In this document: positions 37,728 to 50,580 of the stretch, piece by piece
Position numbering within the stretch: the first letter of the stretch is position 1
Layout of the letters: each line of letters opens with the position of its first letter
Source: Lama glama
Lineage: Eukaryota
DNA length: 64,000 nucleotides
Direction of reading: 5' to 3'
NCBI GenBank assembly: GCA_028534125.1
Contig: CM052816.1
Span: 69,566,001-69,630,000 of the forward strand
Notes under the pieces: model-generated
Seen by the model: the letters and a program-made list of their open reading frames with translations, nothing else
Database searches by the model: none
What the model was told of the DNA's origin: nothing
Program-made: the position numbers and the translations under genes

Positions 37728-39159
37728 AAAGAAAAAAGGATGCCCATTTTGGAAAAAAAATTTATGATTTTCAAGTATTATGTTCCTGGTACTTGGAGAA
37801 CTCTTTTGATTGGAAGTGTGTTCTTGGAAAAATAAAAATGGTTGATGTTGTTGAGACTTCATTGTAGTAAGACCTCAGTTAAATGTCAGGCCTATGGGCT
37901 TCCTCCTAGTGTCTTCACCGACCTGCAATATGTTACCTGTTCCATCTATGTAATATATATACCAACATAATTTAATGCATTTGTGCCTGTATTAGTTCCA
38001 GAGAATCAGATTAAGCAAATAGTAAAAAATGTTTGTGATATAATTAAGTCCGTATGCTACTTGTAATCTTTTGAGGGAACAGAAGATTATTTTTGTTGGT
38101 ATTTCATTTTTGATCAGTGCTTTGTGGCTGAAAGAAATCCTCTGATATCTCATAGATGACCCCAAGTTAGAACTGCCTTAATCTGTGTGTTCAGCCTTTG
38201 CTTGTGAAGTTTGACAGTATTTGAAAGTGCCTCCGTAATAAAACACACCTTTAAATAACTCTCTCAGATTAATTTCAGCTTTTAAAGTGAGAAGATGGCT
38301 TGAACTACCACCGCTGCCAGCTCAGCTGTGGATCTGAAATATCCAGCTGTGCCCTCTCTGCCTCTCTCATCACCAGCAGCAGACTTTGCAATCAGAATCT
38401 GTCTGACACGTGTGTTGATGTGTGAGGCAAGATAGCATCTAGTTCACTGTATTGGCCCTTCAGCGCTAGACCATAGTAAACATTCGTCTTTGTCAGCAGT
38501 TAGAGCAACGTGATCTGAGGATGCGCAGGGATTACAGACTCCCCTTCTCCCCCCACCATTATGCTTTTGTTTAGGTCTGCATAGACAGGGCAGGAGATTC
38601 ATAATCAAAGAGAATTGATTGTTGGGATAGACCAGGCACGTTTAAAAGCTGTGTCTCCTCTCAGGGGAAGAAAACAAATCCAGTGATGTCCCACTATACA
38701 TCATATTATGATCTCTTTCAATAGTTCTTATTACAGCAGACCAAAAGGATGGTCTGTGTGTGGTTAGCCACCGTTGGTATTTGCCATATCCTATCAGATC
38801 TTTGACCAAAGGGACAATAAAATAGATCCAAACCCTGAGTTTTCTTTCATTGTCCACCGTGAGAAGACTACTGATATGTGGTCACAAAAAAATCTGTTTT
38901 CTTTAGAAAAACACTATTCTAAGTGAAAAAATCTGTTAATAATCATGGTGAAAACAGTACTTACTGATAATTGAATACTATTCTGAACACTTGATATGGA
39001 CTACCGCATTTACTACTCCCAACTATCCTATGAGACGATCCTTGTTTTCTAGACTAGGACACAGATATTGGTGAAGCAACTTCTTCAGATTGCAGTAGGG
39101 CTGGATTTTAGGCTTGTCTGATCATGCACTTAATCAAAGCCATGTACTTAATCCCTGGG

Positions 39160-40060
39160 GAGCTCACCCTACCATGTGGTGGATGCTGTGTCAGACACTC
39201 AGTTTCCAAAGTCAAATCAGAAATGGAGCCTGCATTCAGGTGCTCCAAGTCCAGTGAGGGAAGATGGACTGTAAATCAGCTTTACTCGACAGCATGATGA
39301 GTGTTATGACGGTGGAACAGAAAAGGTGCTACAGAAGTTTGAAGGAGGTCATCTAAATCAGACGGAGGGTCACAGAAGTCTTCCTGGAAGAAATGATCTT
39401 TGAGCTGTATTTGGGAGGATGACTAGGAGCCAGCCAGAGGGAGATAGTGGAGAATGATGGATAGGCAGAGGGCAGCCCCTTTGATGACATGGGATGTGAA
39501 GGAGACCGGATCAGGAACTGCACATGGGTCTGTGTGTTTGGCTTGAGGGCCATGTATGTGGTGGGAAAATAAAAATTAAAGACAGTATAATTATAAATAT
39601 TATATATTGTAATTATATTTATAAACTTTAAATACGGTTACTTTTTAAGTTTCACATGTCGAACCCTGGTTTTGGTGTTTTACAAACAGTGTGAACATTA
39701 CCTCGTATAATCCCTCTAACAACCATCAGAGGCCAGAAGTGAAAGCAAAGGCCAGATCATAAAGAACCTATCTGCTTAGATGAAGAGTTTGAACTTTATC
39801 CTGACAGCTATGGGTGGCCATGGAAAGATTTTAAATCATGGGAATGACTTGATGTGTTTGAGGAAGATCATGATTAACATTTTGGAGACTGGAGTTGGAT
39901 AAGACCCAAGATAAGGACACCATTAGGAGAACAGACAGTGTGTTTTCCTGGGATGCGCTGAGCGGAGGCTTCAGGGTTGGAGAGGAACAGGGAGACAGTA
40001 GAGACCAAGTTGGGCAGATTTACAGGAATTGGTCACTGAGAGGATATATAGGACTGAGCT
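39160..40060 (-). mobile_element. LINE-2 fragments
   Basis: gaagtcttcctggaagaaatgatctttgagctg; ggccagatcataaagaacc...gagtttgaactttatcctg...ccatggaaagattttaaatcatgggaatgac. Confidence 0.7.
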
Positions 40061-42429
40061 CCATCTTCACAGAGCCTAAAGATTGTTAAGTGAAGAATGC
40101 TCTGTTGTCCCAAAATATGGAATGGGATTTCTACTGTTAGGGTCTAAAGAAAAACGACTTTAGTTTGGTGTATTTTCCTCTTAATCGTCCAAGGTTCCCC
40201 ATCTCCAATTCCAAAACACCAAGAGCAGAGAAAATATGCTTTGTTGGGATCTTTCCTGGGAGATTTTTTCATGATCTGTAAACCCACTTGAAGATCTACC
40301 AGGGGGAGTCTAGCTCTTTTTAAATGTTTCCATTCCCCAACTTTTCCTAAACATATGAAACATAGAAAAAATACCATTGGTAAGGAATAGTAAAAGCGTC
40401 TGTGTATTTTTATGCCCTACTTTTCATGTAGAAACAGGCTGTTCAGAAAGTGACCAAAAAAAGAGGTTCAGTACAAAATGTGTTCAGCTCTTTCACTTTC
40501 AACTAAGTTTGTGTTTTTTTGCTCTTTAAGGGAAAAAATATGATCTGAAACTGACCCAGGTGAAGCCCTGATTTGGATATGTTTATGGATATGCATTTAG
40601 CTCAGTTCTCATTACAGACAGTCATGCCTGGGGAATTTGCTGCTAATTTTTTTGGATAATTCTGTTGTTACAAAAATTAGATATTCCATCTAGCCATTAT
40701 GAGAGAAAAATTACATCTTAAAAATAAGGAAGACGTTTATTTTCTACTTAGCTTCCTTTTTGAGTTTCTTTGCTTTTATTTAAAAAAACAAAAAAACCTT
40801 AGCCCCCTGGTCTGTTTCCAATGTGAAAAGACCTGAAATTTTGAATTCCTGAAATATAGGAGAATCTTGAATTAGAGACTCTTTAAAAGTAATTCCTAAC
40901 TTTTAAAACCCCACTTTTGGATCATGTGGAAATATGCATAGCAGGACTCGTGAATGCCACTGATCAGGATGACTGATGCACAGACTGGGAGCCACGTGGG
41001 CCCCTGGTCTGGTTCAGCGCCGCGGCACTCTCTTCCATTCACAGTCTCAGATGTCTGCCCCTCTCCAAAGCCGTGAGGCCAATGTCTGTAGCTGCTAAGC
41101 ATGAAATCCCCTGCTTCTGTTTGTTTCTTTTGTTGCCACGAGTTAATAGGGACAGAGACAGGAGACAGCCCAGAACAAAGCAGAAATAATGGAGTATTTC
41201 ACCCCAAAAAGGAATGTGGATTGAGAAATACAAAAGGTAAGGCAAAGACAGACTTAGTATCCTGAGGCAGTGTGATGTATTGGCCAGAAGCCTCAGCTCT
41301 GGGACAGTTCTGGGCCAAAGCCTTCATCTGGGAGCTCGGAGCAACCAGCATGCCCGAAAGATTTGACCCATCTTCTGTAAAAACGATTGTTTTTCCCACT
41401 AGGGTCTTAAAGGGCCACAGGATTTTTCACCTCGAAAAGTGGATTGCTTTTGTGACCTGGAGAAGTCATCTGCTGGGAGCTGCCTATGATCCAGGGCCTC
41501 CTCACAGCACTCTGTCACCCTGCTGATTCTATCTGTCGCTCTAGGTGCCATTTTGAATTTGTATTCTTTTCACTTCTTTACAAGAACTGCTAGGTATGCC
41601 AAGACATCAGAGCATTTTTGAAATTCGGTTTTCTTCTTGCAATTGGAAGGAAAAGATTAGCTAAGACTTGCATGTTCACATAGACCATCTCCTTCACATG
41701 GATTTCCAGTTTATTCTTGTATTTCTCCCACACTCTTCCTCAACACATTTTATTTTGTTTACTACTTGTTTGTTTAGTTACTTTACTGAAGTATAATATA
41801 CACATACCCATTTTAAAGGGGGAACATTTGAAGACTACATCTTCATAGATTTTTTTTCCTTCCTTATTTCCCATGCTTAGTATCAGAAATCTCTGCAGCT
41901 CGTGTGGGCTTCTCTTTATAGACAAGCTTTTTCCTTTCCTGAGGACAAAAATGGAAGACATTTCTCACAAACAGTGGGAAAGAGAAGCCTGTAACACTTC
42001 AGTATCCCCTTGTCTTCCATCCCAGCCAGACCTCCTCCTCTTTCCCTGATCCCTAAGTCGGCCTTGAAGGAACTCAGTTTCTGTCCCTCTCCTGGGAGAA
42101 ATGCAGCTCATCCACTTGGAATGAAAGGTGCTTCAGCCATACACCGGACCGTACAGTCCAGGACACAACACCAAGATTTGCATCCTCCCCTTCCGCTGCC
42201 AGGCTGTGTCCAGTTACACAGGCAGGCTTATTAAAGCATGCTCCCACCCCCTCGGGACAAGACCCCGCTTCTGATGCTCCAGTCCCCGACTCTAGATGTG
42301 GCCGTCCTGAGGCCGAGAGGACATGGGTGAGACCCTGGAGCTGCACAGCCCTGGTTGTAGCCCCAGTTCTGTCCCTCACTACACAGGATGCTCCTAACAT
42401 TGCCTCTCTGTGACACACCCTCAGATGTT

Positions 42430-42790
42430 AGAGGCTTTTCATTCCCTGAGAAAATGACTCTGGATCCAGACTGCCAGAGTTCAGACCCTGGCTTCACTTT
42501 TTAAACAAGTCATTTAATTTCTTTGGGTCTCAGTTTCACCATATTTCTTTTTTTTTTTTTTAAGTAAAGATCTTTTTCTGGGTGAGGGAGGTAACTAGGT
42601 TTGTTTGTTTGTTTATTTTTGATGGAGGTACTGGGGATTGAACCCGGGACCTTGTGCATGCTAATAAGCACACTCTACCGCTGAGCTATACTCTCCCCAG
42701 TTTCCCCATCTTAAAATGAGAAGCACATAGTACTTTTCTCATTGGATTGTTCTGGAAAGTAAGTGAATTAACACACAAATCATTTAGATC
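42430..42790. mobile_element. MIR SINE split by the Vic-1-like SINE
   Basis: ctctggatccagactgcc...aacaagtcatttaatttctttgggtctcagtttc [insert] cccatcttaaaatgag...tagtactt...ggattgtt. Confidence 0.7.
42546..42698 (-). mobile_element. tRNA-derived SINE, Vic-1-like (camelid), inserted in a MIR
   Basis: Minus strand reads ggggagagtatagctcagcggtagag...gcatgcacaaggtcccgggttcaatccccagtacctcc with A box, B box and A-rich tail. TSD agtttcaccatatt (42532-42545) / agtttccccatctt (42699-42712). Confidence 0.88.
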
Positions 42791-45700
42791 TTGTATTCAG
42801 TGGTACTAACTGCCTTTGGTCTAATTTTTTGCGTTAGTAGGAAACCAATCCCTTTGTCATGTCTCTTCCAGAGCTTAAGCAGCTCTTACAAGCCCTATCA
42901 ACACATTTTGGTTGTATTTTCAAAGACAGACCCATATTTGAACAGTATAGACTTGGAAAATATTTTATTTTAAATTTTGTAATTTTAGATATTTATACAC
43001 TTAAAATTTTATTCAGTGAACATGTTTAATGTTAGAAAACATTCTAGAAATTCCTTTTAAAAATTTCCTTTTGTCATTTTGAGGGTCAGAATGTGTAAGT
43101 GCCTAGTTTTGGCTTTGAAACCAAACTACCTAAGAAATATGTCCATCTCAAGTTATGGGTTAACTTTCTCTTGCTTTTAGGTACCAACTGAGTTTTTGTG
43201 TATCTGACAAGTATTAATTGAGCACAGAGACAGGCCCTAGTTAGGGCTCCACGGAAAGACCTGGTCACCTGCCATAGGAAACCTCCAGTTTTTGTTTGGC
43301 GAGACCCTGATTTAAATAAGGAGGAGATAGTGTGGTGCTGGGGCAGTGACTGTAGCTGCGGGAAGTCCAGACGCTGACGGGGGAAAATTTTCCAGCCGCT
43401 CTACAGAGTTTCAGTCAAACTGAAATCATGCACAGAATAAAATCATGTATTCATGATGAAAAACAGAGCATCAATTGAAACAAATGCCATGTCCCCAAAG
43501 GCTAGGGATTTAGCGAGACGGGGTGGTAGGAGATACGGTCAACACAGGGACCAGTGCCAGAGGGGGAGGATTTCGAGCAAGACTCTGTCTAGACTTGTGA
43601 ATTGTACCTCAGCTCTGCTGCTCTGTGCTGGTGCCTGGCCACCCTTGGGAGCTGTAAAATTAAACTTTTTGAACCAATAATCAGACCAAGGATGAACATG
43701 TCTTGGGGTCATTGTGCATAATTCAATCATCTAATAATAATGCCAGTTAGGAAAGAATACATGGTGGCATAATATTAACTACAGTGCTTGAAGTGTGTGT
43801 AAAGGACCAAGCAGTAGAAGAAAGGAATCCATTCTCTCTGAGGAAATTGGAGACTTTTCAGAGGAGATGCCATTTGAGCAGAACTTTGAAAGGAATTTGC
43901 CAAGGAGAAAAGAGAGGGAAGAGCCTTTCCTTCTGAGTGCAGGGGACCTGGGTGGCACAGAAACGTAAAGTGCTCAGTCTGAGGGACTGGAGAGTGATTT
44001 GGAAGGTAGTTGGGGTCATTGAGGTGGAGATGTAGAGAGAAGTGAGATATACTGTAAGTGCATCATTACTGCTTTACAGCATCGATTTGTGGAGCAGTTA
44101 TTCACTGAGTACTGCTGTCTACAGTGCTCTGCCAGACCTACCAGTGTCTGGCACTGTCTCCAACAGAAATAGGGACATTAAGACAATCTTGCTGCTTTAG
44201 TGCTAGACTGTGAGACTGAAATATAAGTCCTCACTTTACTTTGCAATTTAATCTTTTATTTACCTTTTTCCCAATACACATGGTCATCCTCCTTCAAGCA
44301 GAGATTCCTAAGGTTTTGCTTCTGCTTTTTGGCTAAGCCATCTTTCAGCTAAGGGTTCTACAATTTGTCCAAAGTCTACAACACAGAGTTACTACTGGTG
44401 ATTCCTATCTTGGCCCTCTCTCAAATCTTAGCACACCATTCCCTAACATCCACTTTTGATAGAAGCTTGTGGATGCATGCTGGGAGAACCATCCTGTATC
44501 CTCAAATAATGAGAGATACGCTGAGTTCTTTGGGGAAGGAAAAAGTCATAATGGACCCCATGTGAAAAGAGCTATGAACTGAAGCAGTCTAGGCAACAGA
44601 GACCTTGACCTTGGTGGTCTTTTGCCATCCTCTCCTGGTCCCCATCGCTAGAATGCAGACTCACCCTGTTCTCTATTCCCTGCTGCAGGTGAAGAAGGTT
44701 AACGGTTGTGTGTCTTTAGTGTCTTGGGTTGTACTGGAAGGGGCTGGTACATGTGGAGGCTGCTGTGGGCCGAGGGAAGGGAAGTAGCACAGTCTGGGCT
44801 GCATGGTGGGCTGCCAGGCCCTTGCCCAGGAAAGCTAACAATCTTTTAAGATGCCCTAGGAAAATGAACATGCACCTACCTGTATGGTACCCTTGTCATA
44901 GCATTAAGCATTTAGCTGATGCCTTGTAACATCCTCCTAAGGAAAGGAGGTGGCTGAGAGTGTTAAAAAGTTGCTGGTGAATGGTGGGGAGACTGAAGCA
45001 TGGGTAGGTTTGTCGGCCTGCACAGAGTTATACAATGCCTCAGTGTCTGGCCTGGGAATGAAGCCTGAGTTTGCCGCTTGCTGTCAGGACAGCCGACGGC
45101 ATTGTGTTTAGCATTGTACACCAGTGAAAAGGGCTTACTCTTAACAATGCATGAGCTGCTTTAGGAGACAGACACAATGAACTTTGGTACAGTATAGTCT
45201 AGAGGCCAAAATGAGTAATTTTAAGTAAATTGACTACGAGATCCAAAGCTTCATTAAGTTTTAAAATGAAAACCAAGTGAAAACTCTGTACAGTTTTTAG
45301 GAACTGACTCAAAACAAAATACTTCCCATTTGAAGTAGCAAAGTTTTAAAAGTCTTATTTTGTGGGCTCAAAATCTGGTACTATTCCTGTTAACTGTAGG
45401 ATTTATTTATTTCAGATACTCAGAGTCTGTGACTTAGGTCAGTGATCATGCCTTATAATAATTGTCAATCTAACCTTTATGCTTTTTATGTTCTGAAATG
45501 TCTTATTGCTGTAGCCTGTGGTTTTGAGGGGAGGCCTTTGCTATATTCAGATTTAGTTTGGATTCTTTCAGAATCCATGAAAATATCCTGAAATTCAGAA
45601 AAGAGATTGAGGGGAGAGGGGACGTGCCATGTGGTAGGTGTCTTTGCCATCTGCATGGTTGGACCTATGGGGCTAGAGATGACGTCACTGGGGAGAAGAT

Positions 45701-46869
45701 AGAGGAGAAAAAAGATGAGAGTGGAGTAGAATGTCACTGCTAAATTGCCTTTTATGTCAGAAGTGTCTTTGGTGACCTAGGATAAAATAACAGGTGATGC
45801 AGATATTAGTGGGCTTGGCTGCAGAGTTTTTAAACTCTGGATTAAAAAAAAAGCATCAAGATGAAATTCTGGAGCTTTTCATCACAAGTATATTGAGTAA
45901 TATTGGCATCTGAATAATTGAAACTGAATAATCAGTCACCTGCAATTTCATTTTCTATTTAAGATTGACGATAGTCTGAGCCAGGGCATTTGGGATGGTC
46001 TCTTTCCAGGAGCTAGTCTAGGGGAATTCTGGCAGAGGAACTGAGCATGAATGGGGGTATCCAGAGCAGGAACAGGGTCTTTCCTCTCTTCCCAAAACGA
46101 AGATCAAAGCAGCCCAGTAAGAGAGACCACTCTGTGAGTGACTAGTGGTGGTGTCTGTCACAGTTGAACTTGGCAGAACCCTCCTTAGTGAAGGGCTACT
46201 AGCCAGTCTTTGAAAGAATACACACATACAGCTGACTCTCAGAACAGCTCTCATCATGAGTCCAGGAGACCTGTATCTTTTGTGGGTGAGGAAAAGTTTG
46301 CAGAAAGTCAGACAATGATCAGCCAGCCTTCTTACAAATCCCGGATGCGATGGATTGGCATCTAGAAGGCTTTTTGTAGTTGCAAGTCATTAACCTTGTA
46401 GGAGAGGCAAAATGGCACTCAAGTTAGGCCGAAGAAGAGCAACAAATATGATGGAAGAGTGGGAGGGGCTGCTATATGAAGGCAGACTGAAATAATTAGG
46501 ACTCCTCAGGCTTGAAAAGACTGAGAAGAAATATGATTAGAGTTTAATAAATCCATGAAGAATGTGTATTAGATGATCATAGAATTTACCAGAAGTAGAC
46601 AGAGCCTCTTAAAAGACGAGAAAAAGTGAATTTAGGACAAAAAGAAACTCTAGCACACCAAGAAAGTAGGTCCTGCACATCAAAACCATGCTTTTGGGAA
46701 CTGGGCTAACTTCTGGCATTGAAGTGAAGTGAAAAAGTCAAGGATTTCTCTTATTTTAACACTATTTCCTTGAAGCTTTATAGGGGGAGTCGGTGGCCAG
46801 AGAGAGCATGGATCAAGCTTCCTATTAGCCTTTTCGTTTTCTTTTTCTTTTCTTAGGTTAAGTTTAAAT

Positions 46870-47490
46870 GTCATTCATTCATCATTCAGCAGTTATTCAT
46901 TGAGGTTAGATTCTGTGCCATGTTCCCTGCAAAGCACTAGGGATACTGGGATGAAGATGGACAGATAAGTTTCCCACAGTCTGGTGATGAATAAGAAACT
47001 GTAATAGTCTATGTATGAATTCACAGACTGTGAGAGCTTGACACAAATTGCTAATATACTCTTAGCATAAGAGCAGGCAGCCATGGGGAAGCGATGCTTT
47101 AGCTGAGACAAAAGCCAATGAGGTGTTCCCGACCTCATTGCCAAGAGTTGGGTTGGGGGAAGAGGAAACAGCATGTGTTGAGTGCCTTGAGGTGCAAGAT
47201 GGTCAGCGTGACTGTAACTGGAGGTGGGGGAGTGAGAAGGAGAGTGAGAGGGGAGTCATGGGGGGATGAGGCTGGAGGGGTGGGTGGACTGGATCCTGGA
47301 GGGCCCTGTAGACCACGATGATCGTAATGGCAGCTACGTGGAGAATTGAGGGGGCATCAGTAAGTGGACTGGGACCCGTGGGAGGATGTTGGTGTTGTCC
47401 AGGTGATGGCAGCCTAGGCTGGAGAGGGGCAGACAGACTCTAGAGCTTTTCAGAGAGTGTATGCACGGGACTTACTGACTAATGTAAGTG
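46870..47490 (-). mobile_element. LINE-2 3' fragment
   Basis: tcattcattcatcattcagcagttattcattgag...ctgtgcca tail followed by a purine-rich L2 body. Confidence 0.7.
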
Positions 47491-47944
47491 TGAGAAGTTG
47501 GGGAGAGAAATATTCAAGCTTGATTTATGAGAGTACGACAGCCAATCAAGGCTCAGATTTTGCCTGAGTAAGAAGAATTAGCACAGGCTTTCTATAGGTC
47601 TCTTCTCTCATGATCTCCAGATGAGCCAAAAGTCAGTAGGTCTGCCTCCCTCTCTACCTTCCTGCCTCCCTTTCTCCCTCTTTCTCTCTTGAACCTTTCA
47701 GGGCCTAAATACTTCAGTCTCTACAAGCTGGCACATAGATGGTCCCTCATAAATGGATGTCAAATAAGTTGAAAGACCAAAACCTACACAAGTGATTCCC
47801 CGTCTCCCAGATCCCCTGGTCTTTAACTCTTGCAGAGCAAACAACTGTTCATAGTACCCCAAGGTCAGTGGCCTGAAACAAAATTGAACAAAGATCAAGA
47901 TGGCGGTGATAATATACAGGAACTCTATTTAATGAATTTCCAAA

Positions 47945-48700
47945 GTGTTTTATTTTGAAATAATATCAAAGTGTTGTAAGACGAGTGCAAGGACTTGCCT
48001 GTAGTCTCTGTACTCAGCTTGGCCAGTCATGAACATTTTACCACATTGGCTTTATCTCACTTCTCACCATGTAGATGTGGTGATGGAGGCAGAGATTTAG
48101 AAATGCTCTTAGCCAGTTAATTTCAGGCATCAGGACCCTTCCCTTCTAAATACCTTACTTGTCTCTCCTCAGGATGATGATAATTTTTATGCCACCACAG
48201 GGCAGTGATTAAATTCAGGAAATTCAACCTTACACAATACTGTCCTTGCAGTCTCTCATATTTAGTCTGTGTTCAGCTGTTACCTGTCATCCCAACAACA
48301 TAGGTTGTGATGTTTTTCCCCATCCAATCCAGGGTTCAATCCAGAAGACGTTGCATTATGTCTCTTGAGTCTTCTTACCCTGAAACAGTTCCTCAGTCTT
48401 TCTTTGACTTTTAAGACTTGGAGATTTTAGAGGAGAGCAGACCAATTGTCCTGCAGAATCCTCCTCAGAATGGTGGTGTCTAATTTCCTCCTGCTTGGAT
48501 TCAGGTGGTGTGCTTGGGGCAAGAGAGCCGCGTGATGAGTTGGTGCCCCTTGCAGTGTCTCCGTCACCATGGAGGGGAGCTGGGAAGTCTGCATGTGTCT
48601 CACTCCTAGGATGTTAACCCTGATCACCTGGGCAAGGCGGTCTGGTTCTCTCCACTCTATAAAGTCCCCTTTCCTCCTTTGAGTGAAGCTGTTATTTAAT
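47945..48700 (-). mobile_element. Old L1MC/MD-type 3' end (antisense), ending ~90 nt before exon 2
   Basis: ttttattttgaaataat...aacattttaccacattggctttatc...aaattcaggaaattcaac...gatcacctgggcaagg...tctccactctataaagt motifs. Confidence 0.7.
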
Positions 48701-48786
48701 TGCTTCCCCAAACGTAGTCATTTGAATGTTACTCAGTTGTGCATGCAGTCTTGTTTGAAAGAGCTGTGTCTCCTCTCTCTTGGCAG

Positions 48787-48931
48787 TGTTTTCGAGCCCT
48801 CTGCTGCAAGGGACCACCGCCGGCACGCCCAGAGTATGACCTTGTCTGCATAGGCCTCACGGGCTCTGGCAAGACCAGCTTGCTGTCCAAGCTGTGCAGT
48901 GAGAGCCCCGACAGCGTCGTTTCGACTACAG
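48787..48931 (+). CDS. ARL15: ARL15 (ADP-ribosylation factor-like GTPase 15) coding exon 2
   Basis: Translates CFRALCCKGPPPARPEYDLVCIGLTGSGKTSLLSKLCSESPDSVVSTT(G), recognised as the ARL15 N-terminal region with Walker A GxxxxGKT. Pyrimidine tract plus cag acceptor (tctcctctctcttggcag) and a strong donor CAG|gtgagt. 145 nt, phase 0 to phase 1. Confidence 0.97.
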
Positions 48932-49428
48932 GTGAGTACCAGCCCAGGTCCTCGCCCTCGTCTTCCTCGCCCCTGAGACACTTTTGTTTCCTCTGCTGTC
49001 GGTGGGATCCCCTCATTTCACTGAAATGCTTCACAGTTTATTATGTGTTTTTAGACCCTCTGATTCTCAGCCTAGACATAAGAGAGGCTTTAATAGCATC
49101 AAATTGCTGTACCCTCTGTCCTTCTAGTTGGTCGTTTAAGTGCCACTGCATGAGTCAGGCTCAGGATAATGTAGATAGAAAGTAACCCTGAAACCTGGAA
49201 TTCGAGTACTCTGCCAGAGTGGGTTCATCTCAGGCCCCCTGAGTGTCCTCCTGCCTTGAAGTGTCACCCTGGCCTCCTCCTACTGGTCACACGCTCCCTA
49301 TGTGGTACAGCTGATAGAGTCTGAATCTTCTCTCCTCAGCATTTGCATCCAGAGCATGGTGGGTGCAGGGACCGTTGATCAGGGGTACCATGTTATTACC
49401 TGAGGTGACTGAGAAAAGTCAGTCTGGG

Positions 49429-49632
49429 CAGTGGCTCTCAATCAAGGGAGATTTTGCTCCCCTGGGGACACTTAGCCATGTCTGGAGACACTTTGGTCAT
49501 TACAGCTGGGGGAAGGTGCTACTGAGTTCTTTTAGGTGGAGACCAGGGATGCTGCTCAGATCCTGCAGTGCACCTGCCGGGCCCCCACTGTAAGTAATGA
49601 TCCAGCCCAAAATATCAAAGTGCTCCAGAGAG
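49429..49632. mobile_element. MER20 hAT DNA transposon
   Basis: cagtggctctcaa...gattttgctcccctggggaca...atgtctggagaca...gagaccagggatgctgct...atccagcccaaaatatcaa. Confidence 0.85.
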
Positions 49633-49811
49633 CTTTTGTCACTCCCCAGTGCTTCCTCTGTTTCTTCTGAAAAGTGAAGCAGTAAAGACAGGTGTTAATT
49701 AGAGAAAACAACGGAAGAATAATTGTAGGAGACGAAAACCAGAGCTGCTGTGGGAGAACCGACAGGGAAGGAGTGGGGGCAAGACAGTGTCTGGGAAAGT
49801 TAAAAAGGTTA

Positions 49812-50580
49812 TTGATTCAACCAGATTTTTTTTGAGCACCTACTATGTGCTAGGTCCAGTGTTAGAAACTGGAGATAAGCAGTGATCCCAGCATTCCTGG
49901 AGACTCAGTCTATCAGCCACATAGACATTAAGTTCATGTCCAGAAATACATGAAGGAAGAGGAATGATCAGTTTTCCTTGGAAGAGGGAAGGGAAGGATG
50001 ATGCCCAATGGAGTTTTCTACATTGGATCTTGAGGACAAGCAAGCCTGGCAGACAAGCAGGAGCAAGAGGCTGAGCTGGGAGAAGAAGGGATTTGGGGGC
50101 AGAGGGAGAGCTTGTGGCAAGGCAGGGGCTCAGACTGCTACCTCTGGGAACCACACTTCCGTGTGGCTGCAGTGCATAGTTACTAGAATGCCAGGCATCA
50201 AGTCACAAGACATAGGCAGTGGCCAAATCTTGGCAATCCTTTTATACCACACTCAAGAATTTGAGCTTTGTCTGTAGATAGTGCAGACATCAAAGTGTTT
50301 TAAGCAAGCAGAAACTGTATGATCTAATGCCGTTAGGGAAGCATCACGCTAGCCATGATGTGGAGGCTGAATTGTGGGACCCGCTGTTAGCCATTAACTA
50401 AGGCAGTGACGGTGGTGGGCTGGAGGAAGAGAGGAGGGAATAGAATGGATGCTTATTTGAGGGCTAGGATTGACAGAGCTTGGTGGCCAGTTGGGTTTGG
50501 AGGGTGAGAAAGAGAAAGAAGCCAAGGGTGATTCAAGTCCTGGCTTGGGTGGAGGGTGGATGATGGAACCATTAACTAGG
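49812..50580 (-). mobile_element. LINE-2 3' fragment
   Basis: attgattcaac...ttgagcacctactatgtgctagg; gaatttgagctttgtctgtag; aggattgacagagcttggtggccagttgg. Confidence 0.75.

Larger units (their letters stand above)
1..48786 (+). other. ARL15: 3' part of ARL15 intron 1 (exon 1 lies upstream of the window)
   Basis: No exon encoding the known N-terminal peptide (MSDLRITEAFLYMDYL-like) and no CpG-island promoter seen. Ends at the exon 2 AG acceptor. Confidence 0.85.

Noticed and set aside
42620..42698. tRNA gene (also at ~59975-60045)
   Set aside because: The tRNA-like head continues into a SINE body and A-rich tail with TSDs, so these are SINEs rather than functional tRNAs.
48739..49185. 148-aa ORF as a standalone small GTPase gene
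   Set aside because: Only 48787-48931 is ARL15-like and it is bounded by canonical splice sites. The rest is intron read-through.
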